Shown here piece after piece: positions 25,401-35,843 of a stretch of DNA of 53,585 bases. The first letter of the stretch is position 1. Each line of letters starts with the position of its first letter. The position numbers and the translations under genes are program-made. Source of the stretch: Priapulus caudatus (lineage: Eukaryota); assembly GCF_000485595.1 (NCBI RefSeq), contig NW_014577062.1:1627293-1680877 (forward strand), given 5' to 3'. Under the pieces are notes generated by a model. The model searched no databases, was not told the DNA's origin, and was given only the letters and a program-made list of their open reading frames with translations.

Positions 25401-28400
25401 CTTTACGCGCGATCGACTGTGCTGGCATAGTAGGCGATGCTCTGACGTGCACGCGGAAGACGCATGCAAATTAACAAAGGCGAGTGTCATCGCGAGTCAG
25501 GCCAGAATACGAAGCTGATTTGTTGTCTTGTTCTTGTTGTGTACGATTTTCAAAATATTCAACACTTAAACGTTTAACGCACTTTATATGCTTATTAGAA
25601 ATCACGAACTGGCGAATCGACGAGGTTTTTTTTCCACGAATACGACATGTAGCATTTAATGTAAGCCATATAACAATTGAAGACTTAAAGGACAGTCATA
25701 TTGCACTTATTTAAATTGATGAGTACTATCTAAATTTATTCCCCAGATGAAATGAAATATTAACGCCATATTTAAAAAGGCAGGAAAATGCACACGTGTG
25801 CTTGTAATAACGTCGGACAATTATGCCTGCTATATATAGCGCTTCTATTACAATAAGATTTATGTGGAATTGCAAACAGTTAAAGAGACAAGTTCAAAGT
25901 AGATATGCCACGAAAGTTATATGTACATACAGAAAATATGTAGAATCATACAACCAGGAATACCAGCCAATCATACAAAAACAAATATATAATATTCGTT
26001 GTTTTTATTCACTCTCGATACAACTATAATCTCTTACATTGATAATTCTATAGATTTATTTAATTCTTGTAACATGGGCGTGTCTATAGTGCTAAGTTAG
26101 TGACACCCACTAAACAAGATATTTATTATTGCAGCTTTACCATGTCCCACATCTTTAACTTGTGTAGTAATTCTATACATCTGATATTGTTATGTCTTGT
26201 GTATAATATTAAGCCTAACATTATATACTCACAGTATAACGGGAAGCGTTGCAACATTTATATAGTTTGTAAGTAACCACTTCAACGTTAATCAATTTCA
26301 TGACAAATATATATCGTAAGAATCTAATTAAACGAAACAATAGCTGATAAATCACATAATTATTATTGCCAATTTCCACATGACATTTTTTCGTAGTTAT
26401 AATCAATTATATTATTAATAATTATATAAATTGTAAACTTGTGTATGCTACTATAGTTGTATTATGTGATCCGACGTTCACACGGCACCTAGAGCGATAC
26501 AGACATGGTTATTTATTATATATATAATACAGAAATGCAAATTGGAGTTAAATATTTTAATGTTGTTACACAAGGGCTATACGAAATCTCCGATTTGATT
26601 AGTGGTTCACCTGTGACTTGCCGTGGTACGTTCAGGCCCTTGTAAATTGCAGGGACCGCCGGGGTTATACCATCTAAGAACCTTGCCATTTCGCCACACG
26701 CTTGTACCGTCTCTCGCTTCTTCTACAACCGACTAAAACGTTTTCGGGATTTTTCCCTGTTCTCCCGATGCCGCTGAGCCAGCAGGCACCCTATACCAGC
26801 GTATAAAAACTACAGCGTTCATCTGATTGCGTTCCTCCTTATTTCATAGCTGTGTCTGGCAATTTGGAGGCGTATCACGCGATATTTACTACAGACTTGT
26901 CTGGGTGTTCCTCGTTATGATATCATTAGCTTTTAGTAATCGAAGAGAATAGTGCTGCCACCACAAGTATCATGGAGACAATATACTATTAGTGGTACCA
27001 GTTGGATAATGACATTTGATTTTATAAGGTCAACGGCGGCGTATGATTCGCCGGTATATTTATACATTGTAGTTCTCTTTAATCGTCCAGAAATGCTATT
27101 ATTATTAAGAATGCCTTTTTTTGTAAAAAACAACAACAACCGTGATTTTGACGCGTCGTGTAATTTACGTAATCCTATAGGGGTCACGTGAGCAGGAGGA
27201 TTTCTCTGTGTCATATAATCGCTTGAATGAATGCTATAATATTCAGTCAGGTTCGTGCGTGTTTTGTTATGTTTCACAAGTGGGACACGTTTAGATTCGA
27301 TGCAGTATCGTTAATATCCTAATCGATTATTTCTACTAGAATACAAAATGGTTATAAAAAATAATATTTAATGATATATTATGTGAATCGAAACCTTGGC
27401 AGCTATGCGGTCACGTTCGCAGATTGTCTGATGAGAATGAAAATCGGTTTGTACTATCACTAGAAAACATAAGCATCCGAGATTTAAAAAGAACAACTGG
27501 GTTGCGTGCGTGCAGCTCAAAGAAATCTAAACTGGTCCGCTAAATGCAAACAACTCAATTATTTGTTTCATGCTACATTGCATGCTATCGCACCGCTGAT
27601 GTCATTCGGTGCAGACACATTTTTCGCGAATGTACGCTTTTACGATGATAATCTGTATTTTATGTAATATATAGCAGATGGTTGTTATTTCAATAAATAA
27701 ATTATGTATATAATGTAGTACGAAAATTTGACATTCTTATTAACGTTTCATTTATTTAATATTGATTTAGTTTAACATCTTCACTTCAGTATGTTAAAAC
27801 TTTGCTAGACAAGCGAGCAGCCAGGCACATTGATAACCAAGAAGGCAGATAAACAGAACGCAGGAATTTTTCACTGAGACGTATAGTCCAATAGTATATA
27901 AGTAACGAATCACGCACATTCTTAGAGGCGTTGTTTACTTGCCGTCGGTCGCTATCCATGAAGAAACTAGCATGGGAATGGGATCCGTTTGGCTTTTGTC
28001 AAGTCGGGCGTAAATTTGCCAGTTTGGTTGCTATCGTTGTTCGGGAAAAATAAGAAACGTGCCGTTCAATGCGCCCAAGAATATTTGTCACGCCTGGCGG
28101 GTCGGGTAGAATCACGTCTGTTGTATCACTTCTGCTCGTCGTGTTTGGTTAGCTTTGGTGAGCCGACAGAACAGCCGTTTGCTGTAAGCTATATCCACGT
28201 GATCCTCTCTGTGGCGGTAGCACGTATCGCGACTAAAATGCATTCCGCGCGGTCAGTTTTAGCTTAAGGTAGTTTAGCTATTATTTTCAAGAGAGACGAG
28301 GTGCCGCTGCGTGCCACAAACATCCAGGGTGGCATCATCTCTTCCCTTATCGGACTTGTTTTGGTTAACGAAACAGTGTTAATCGTCTGACCACGTGACG

Positions 28401-29952
28401 TCCCCACGGTGGTAGGAAATGACGTTGCACAGATGGAATGAGAAGATGTAGAATCATCACGGTTAGTGGACTCGGCTCCTCGAACATCCGTTCATACCAC
28501 GCCCACCACTTGACTGAATATAATACGATATTAGACTTCAATAGAGGTTGGCTATACCATGTAACAGTCAGAAAGCTATTTTAATGATAATTATAGAAAC
28601 ATCTGACTTTTAATAGCAACAGTTTAAATAATATGTTTGATTAACATGTCGAATTTTCAACAATTAATTTAATATAGAAGACCGTGATTGTTGATGATGC
28701 ATGTAAAATAAGGTGGACGAATTTATTTGTCAGAGAATATCGGTTGATTTGATAGGCCTCTTTGTTTATACAAAAATTATAGTAATAAGGAAACGAGAGC
28801 TACATTTAGCTGGATAATATAATTTTAAATGTGCCATTTTCAATATCGAATAGACTCATAATAGATAAATAAAAGCTATCTCGGGGCCATAATTATGACA
28901 TTTAATTAGTATAGACATGACAAAATGCTGTGTGACAATTGTTTCGCGACCCTTTGTTCGCGTTATTTTATTTAGAATGCTAATAAAACAAATAAATAAA
29001 CGAATGAATGAACAAATAAATAATATTCATTGATCTGTGTGTATACGTGCGCGCGTCCTTTTGGGTGTATGTATGCGCGTGTACGTGCCTGAAGTAAGAC
29101 TACTTTCGCTCTAAATTGTGTTAATCGATTGGATGGTGGCGCCGCCCTGCGAAAAGATTCCCGTAAACCTCGTTAAATTGTATATTTGAAAACATTTACT
29201 TGTCAGTTTAATTGTTTGAAAGATGCCTGAGAGTTGGTGCTTAATTTTAGCATGTTAATTACTTCATAAATATACGCGGTGCCTCCACCGAGTATTAAAT
29301 CCATACAAAAAAGAATAGCAGTTTCGTCAAATGTTTTTGTTCTTCCATAAACGTTCAAACAATAAAACAGATATATTTCACCTTTTTAATAAAATACCAA
29401 TATTTGTATGTTTAGATAAATAACTTACAATTTATGTATCCTAGCGTCAGCAGTATATACGAATTCGCTTGTTTGTTGGTTAACCGTGCATAAGATGTTC
29501 GAATTTATTCCTAGATTCTGACATAAACTCTATATGCAGTATCAAAAGTCTCCTCTCCGTTATACGCGTTTCCCCCCACAATAATGGAAGAAGTTATGCC
29601 GCTGAAATATACAATATATGAACAAATGTGAAACAATAAGTTAACATCATAAGTTTAATAGGTCATAACATTTGCATGAGAGCCCCTTCAAAATGTACGG
29701 CATATTTTTACGTACGATGTCATATCACTTATATATGCTGTGTTTACAACGGCGACCCTTGGCAATATTCCGAGAATTTAAGCAATTCACCTTTCTGCAG
29801 CAACGACACGCGTCCATTTTATTTCCTCGCTTGCTAACGAGAAATTGTAAATTGACGCATGAGTCAAATTACTCAACAAAAATCCGCCGCACACGTGAGT
29901 AAAATGACTCATGCGTAATTTTACTTCAGTAAAATAACTCACTCACGTGTGC

Positions 29953-30213
29953 GCCGGGCAGCGGAATTTTTTTTCCCACGAGAGTTCCGGACCCCAGCCA
30001 ATCAGCGCACTCCATTCACTCGACTTCCTCAAAGCAACAATGTAAAAGTTTATACAACTTTAACCTAACCCTAAACCTAACCCGAACCCTAACCCTAACC
30101 CTAACACTAACTATAATTCAACCAGGTCTGTCTTATATACGCACCATATATTACAAAACACTATCTGTGGTGGGTCCGGAACTCTCGTGGGAAAAAAAAT
30201 TTCGCCGCCGGGC
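29953..30213. mobile_element. TIR element with ~40-bp arms and an internal (CCCTAA)n-like tract
   Basis: gcagcggaattttttttcccacgagagttccggaccc pairs with gggtccggaactctcgtgggaaaaaaaatttcgccgc; CGG flanks both ends (possible TSD); taaccctaaacctaacccgaaccctaaccctaaccctaa at ~30066-30104. Confidence 0.78.
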
Positions 30214-31327
30214 ATTAGCTATCTCCCTATAGGCGGTATTCGCCAATAGATGGCGTCCACAGATAGCTGCATGTCTGGCAAGGCACGGCACAAGAACATT
30301 TGTTTCAGTGAGAACGCTTTATTTATGCTAAATCACATCAAACTTCACACAAAATTGTTGCCAGCTACATGATACGCATTTTACAGTAATCGTTAGGATG
30401 AAATTTTACGCGCTCTTATACATGTGCAATGTCTACCATGCGCAACACAGAGAACCTGCAACAGAGATAAGGCGCATGAATCCCGCACAAATCACGCATG
30501 AATCACGTATACGTATTCTACCATAATGGCAGATATATATAACGATTGCGAGTAAGCCATATCGGCTTATACCGCGTAGACACATGGTAGATGAATTGAT
30601 TGCGTAGAAGCGTTCACCAGAAATTAACACGTCTCGTCGCCAAGTAGGCTAAATTACTTAAAATTGCTGAATGGTAAATTGCTAATTGAAAGTCATGTTT
30701 GCGTAGGTGTGGCGACGAGTAAAATTTCATGCTGTTTATTAATACCTGAAAATGCGCTTATTCCGCTATGCAACAGATTCTAATAATAAAATTACCGATA
30801 TACTGTAAATCGTGTAGCTTTGTTTAATCACTTCCTCTAACGTTACGTTTTTATATTTTCTTCTCTTCCGAACAGATTTGTTGTTATCAGGTATACGTGC
30901 CTCAAAAGTCGCCATCGTATTCTAGTTTCTCGCTAAAAATCTTTCCTTCTCAACCCCGCTCGCAACGGCCACCCCAATGTTCAAAATCCTAGATCCGCCA
31001 CCGACACGAAGTGTCACAATGTCCGATGACACGAATCGGTGTCGTTTAAGCCCGAGGGCACCTGTAGGTAGAAGTGTCGCACAATCGCGCTGCCATGCAC
31101 ACCTATGTATCTTTTCTTCCGCGTTCTAGAACACAGGTGCGCGCATTTCCCAGGTCATCGTCATTGCAAGGGTGCCTGAACTGCAACTAATATCTAGATC
31201 ATTTTATTATATTTACATTTCGTTATTTAACAGGTTACGCGACATCAACGGGATATTTGGCCTGCACCTTTGACTCTACTCGCGCAAACACCGTTTCGTA
31301 TTAAGGAAACTGTGAAAAGAGCTGGCG

Positions 31328-34300
31328 ATGCGTTTTCAAAGCAAAGCCGCCGCCGTCATCGCGATGTGCGTGCTTGTTTCTGTCGTCGACGGAGGCAAGA
31401 TACTCGTCAAGCCGTGGGGCGCCGGCACTCGTTCCAGTCACCTTTTCTTGATGGATAAAATAGCGCGCATTCTCGCGCTGGACGGGCACGACGTCAAGTT
31501 ATTGCTCGGCTCTGTGGAGAGAGATGTGGCGCTGGGCGACGGCTTCCTGTCGACGCACAGCGACGATCTGCTGACGTTCAACACGACGGGATCCGTCACG
31601 GAGGATGACGAGAAGCTTATGCGTGACTATCTGCTAAAGTTCGGCGAATGGTTCTCGCTGTTCACTTTGGTCAACAGTTATAGCGAGAAGCGCTTCTGCG
31701 ACTTGATAACTGCGGAGCCCGGTCTGCTCGGGAAAATCAAAGATGGCGGCTTCGATTACGTCATCATCGATCACGTGGACGCGTGCGGCCGGCTGTTGGC
31801 GAACTACGTTGGAAAGCCATTCGCTATTTTACATTCCTTCCCATCGAACACAATAATCTATGGAGAGGGTGGCTCCCCGCTCGTGCTCTCCTACACTCCG
31901 ACACACGGCGTGTATCGTGCGACGTACTTCAGCGACAAGATGACGTTTCTAGAACGTGTGCACAACGTGTTGCATTACGTCATTGAAAAGATGTTTGTCC
32001 ACGTCACACTTGAGAGAACGATGAACGCATTCGGCTGGTCGCATGGACTGCTACAGGTGAGGGCATGACGTTAACTAGCTTAACTATTGCTTCTATCCTT
32101 AGAATAAACTATTACCGCAATATAAAAATAAATATAATAAATAATCTTACTTACCAATGAGGTTGGTTAACTATTAACACTTATGAGTTCACTACAATTA
32201 TAATAAGTATGTAATAGTAAGTTGTGCAGATGTAAAAGTTCGCGTTTCATTAGTCTATCTACAGAATCGCATTTTTTTGACAATGAAAGGAGATTCTCAA
32301 GTCGCGCAAATTCCCGATTATTCATTTATACTCCTGTATAGGCGCACGAGAGATACGAAAGCATTATAAGCAGGGCAGCGCTAGTGCTGTCCTCTAGCAA
32401 CCCTGCGTTCGACCATCCACGCCCCACGATGCCCAACGTCCAGCATATCGGTGGTCATCTCTGCCAGCCGGCAAAAGCGCTGCCTCAGGTAAAATAGTGC
32501 CATGAGTTTATATTAATCACAACTTCTCTACATGTAAGCATGGTAAAGGTTCAGATCACGTCATTTCGCTAGATTAAATTCTGAGAATTAGTTTCTGTAC
32601 CGACAGGATCTGAATACTTCTACGGTAATTGATGTATGAGCATTGTAGTAATAAGTTTATCGTTCTCACAGAAACTGGATCACTTACTAGCGAAGAGCGC
32701 CAAAAAAGTCATATACATGTCATTCGGTACTCTCATCCACGGACCGGGCGGTATTGACGAGGTAAGGCCGCGCATGCGCTGTGTATGATTAGACACATTA
32801 ACAGCCTGGGGGCCGTTAACAGAAACATAGCAAAGTTAATGCTAAAGTTAATGCTAATGCGAAGAAATGTGCGAGGATTTTTCGTCCTCGTAACTTTATG
32901 ATATTTCTGTCAACCGTTTACGAGTCGATAATGTTAAGACTAATTTTGTTTCTGACAACGGGTCCCTGCTGCGCCTCCGAGACAAACTATAGGTTCATCG
33001 TCGATTATTTTTTTAGTGAGGACGATCACAGCATACCTCTCTCATTGCTTAACTCACTCACATTAATGTGACGTTCTGTTGTGAATATTACGAAAACGTA
33101 CGCGCGAGTTTTTCTAACAGTTGCCGGTAGTTGCGGGCACTTCTATTTTACCGGATAGTGACTTTGTTCTTGCACCACTGGCTGCAGTGTTGTCGGGTAG
33201 GCTACATAAATTGCATCCATTACAATCATATACTGCTATGGCCATACTGTGGCGCAATGCGCTACGTTTGTAGAGCTAGTATGGCGCTGCGCTTGTTTCT
33301 TTCATTTTTCAGAACCAGCGTTTTAAGACTGCGCTTCTAGGAGCTGTCTCTAATCTACCGTACCTATTCATTATCGCAAACTTCAACATGACCGGACTTC
33401 CAACCAACGTTGTAACATTAGAATGGGCACCGCAGAATGACCTACTAGGTAAAGAAGAGGATATACGAAATGAATTCAAACGCACGCAGTTATTAGTAGT
33501 ACACACGAATATGGAAAATAACATGAAATGTATATACATGATTATGATTTTCTTTGCAGCTCACAGCAAGATAGATGCATTTTTCACACATGGTGGGCTT
33601 AATGGACTATGGCAGGCGATTTGCCACGCCACCCCTGTCGTCGTCATGCCGATCTTTGCCGACCAGTTTCGAAACGCGCACATGGTTCAAGAGAGAGGAA
33701 TCGGCGAGATGATTGACTTCCATACTATAACAACAGAAAGCCTACAATCCGCCCTTAGGCGTGTTGTCGAGAATAACGCGTAAGTCTGTTGTGTACGATA
33801 ATTACGGTATCCCACGCAGACAGATATGTTTGCCGAGCGTGTATTTTATCTTGCTAAGAATTGCACGGACATCAGTTAAAGGCACTGCTTGCTACAAAAA
33901 CGACACTGCCTAGAAGAGTATAATCGTCTTTATTCATATTAGTTATAGTTTTATAGTTTATTTCATCAAACCTTATTAAAATTTTAGAATTCAGCCCTTT
34001 ATATTACCTAGTAGTTTGATATGATAATTTGAAGAATATTGTTGCTTATACCAGACAACATCAACAATTCTACAGGTATGCAGCCCGCATGCGTCAGCTT
34101 TCGAAACTCTACCATCACAGCCTGCCGATGTCTTCTGATGAGACCGTGTCATTCTGGGTGAATTACACGATGCTCTATACCGACCAGCAAGCTCCTGCCT
34201 TCACTGAACTGAACTTCTTACAATATTGGCTCATCGATATAACTGCATGTCTGCTTGTGGTTCTTGCGATCTCTGCGTGGCTAACTTGCATAGCTATCGC

Positions 34301-34409
34301 GAGAACCGCCCTTATTTGTTACCATCTATACATGAAAGGACCCTGTTCTATATTTAAAGATATTTTAGGGAAATACCAAGTGACAGTTAACAGAGGTAAA
34401 ATTGAATAA
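31328..34409 (+). CDS. UDP-glucuronosyl/glycosyltransferase, type A (551 aa); exons 31328-32056, 32342-32488, 32672-32761, 33313-33448, 33560-33779, 34076-34409
   Basis: Signal peptide followed by GKILV; catalytic His (SSH); FDYVIID; SY.P, MTFLERV.N, PRPTMPNV.HIGG and YMSFGT motifs; UGT signature WAPQNDLLAH...FTHGGLNG...P.FADQ; LNFLQYWLID plus TM helix; all introns GT-AG; 1656 nt spliced open frame. Confidence 0.93.
32809..32965. mobile_element. 157-bp PIF/Harbinger-like MITE with CTG target-site duplication in UGT-A intron 3
   Basis: ctg|ggggccgttaacagaaaca ... tgtttctgacaacgggtcc|ctg; 3-bp CWG TSD and GGG(C)CC termini. Confidence 0.75.
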
Positions 34410-34470
34410 CACATCAGTTTTACTTATTATATGTTACCATCTATACATGAAAGGACCCTGTTTTATATTT

Positions 34471-34790
34471 ACCTCCGCCAGGGGCGTGGCGGAGGTTATG
34501 TTTTCACCGGCGAATGTTTGAGTGTTGGTTGGTTTGTTTGTGAACATGCACGTTTCAGTTCACTTCCGCTAGGTGCGCTGGCTGTAGACTTACAAACACG
34601 CAAACACAGGCTAAGGGGCAACCACAGTCCTCCCCCACCTGCACGCTCGCACTAATCCGGATCCAATTAATTATTTAATTAATTAATTAATAAATTTTTC
34701 CACTTAATTAATTAATTAATTAATAAAAATTCTACATTGAGAGAATTCAGCTGCCTTGGCGGAGGTCTGTGCTCTCCGAGTGCTCTAGTT
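34471..34790 (+). mobile_element. 320-bp non-autonomous Helentron/DINE-1-like (HINE) element in the UGT-A 3' UTR
   Basis: 5' (TT)ACCTCCGCCA followed by its inverted copy TGGCGGAGGT, a GTTT/GGTT microsatellite, a 3' sub-TIR TGGCGGAGGT, a short terminal hairpin and a CTAGTT end. Inserted in a T-run with no TSD; empty site tatatttaaagat is seen near 34348-34360 and 46667-46679. Confidence 0.82.
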
Positions 34791-35205
34791 AAAGATATTT
34801 TAGGGAGATACCAAGTGACAGTTAACAGAGATAAAATTGAATTTACCCATCAGTTTTACTTATTCAATACAAAGCAATATTGAAAGTGTAAATGTTTCTT
34901 TATTTACAATAAACTCGGTATAAGAAGACATGATGCGTGAATGATATGTGTATATGTGTTAGCATTGTACGAGCATTCGTGTTGTGAGCAACAACATTTT
35001 GCGAGAGTCGCTCTGCTAAATTTGCCCACATTATGTGAATACAAAAGCCCGAATCGCTTTACCTAATTTGGGATTTACAGTGCTGTCTTAATTAACACAA
35101 TATAATATAGTAGAGGAATTTAATTTATTCTGCAAGCATGGCGTGTTAAATTTTTTTGAAACCGTTTCTATAAATTTGCTGTCTTATTCGGTCCTATAGC
35201 ATTGC

Positions 35206-35369
35206 ACTAAACTGAATTTCTTACAGTATTGGCTCATAGATGTTATTGCCTGTCTGCTTGTGGTTGCTGCATTGTTTGTGTGCCAAACTAGCGTAATTAT
35301 GCAGCAATCGCACGTAGAATCACTCGTATACATCGTCAAAATTTGTTCCAAAAAGTGATAATGATATAG
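35206..35369 (+). pseudogene. Orphan UGT C-terminal fragment (TKLNFLQYWLIDVIACLLVVAALFVCQTSVI...), one of three copies
   Basis: Matches the TELNFLQYWLIDVIACLLV segment of exon 6; has a 1-bp deletion relative to the copies at 47088-47252 and 47699-47863. Confidence 0.75.
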
Positions 35370-35843
35370 TGATTAATATATAATATAATGATAATAATTC
35401 GCTACCTACGTTGTTGAGATTTAATCCACAGATAAACACACATTTGATGAAATTCGCAGTATTCTAATTAAGCCACATTGTATGCAATGCAGGCAATGAA
35501 CGTTTCGATAAATATATGCTTTAGCACGTTTGATAGAAAAGCCGACCAGTCTTGGCTGTGTGATGGTTTATTGCTGCACGAACATATTATACAGCGCATA
35601 TATATGGCGTTTGCGGTGTGAAACGCTGTTGGAGTGTTCGTTCATTAGTGGAAGTGAATTGTCTGGAGGTTGAACACAATTAGGTGACATCACAACCTGG
35701 CGACGCCTGAAGGGTATAGCACGATCGTTAAGCCACGTTATTTACGATCATTCACACGTCAAGCTCAACTTCCTCATTATTCTAAGCTGGCACTTGTTTA
35801 TTATTCGCACACACGCCGTCAGACAAAGCGCAAAGAGCTGGCG

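Noticed and set aside
30060..30110. Telomere or chromosome end
   Set aside because: Only about 7 degenerate CCCTAA units, enclosed by the TIRs of a small element.
33388..33783. Continuous ORF across UGT exons 4-5 (also 45712-46107)
   Set aside because: The 111-nt intron is stop-free and in frame, but it has GT-AG ends, interrupts the UGT signature, and the type B intron at the same position contains a stop; retention is unsupported.
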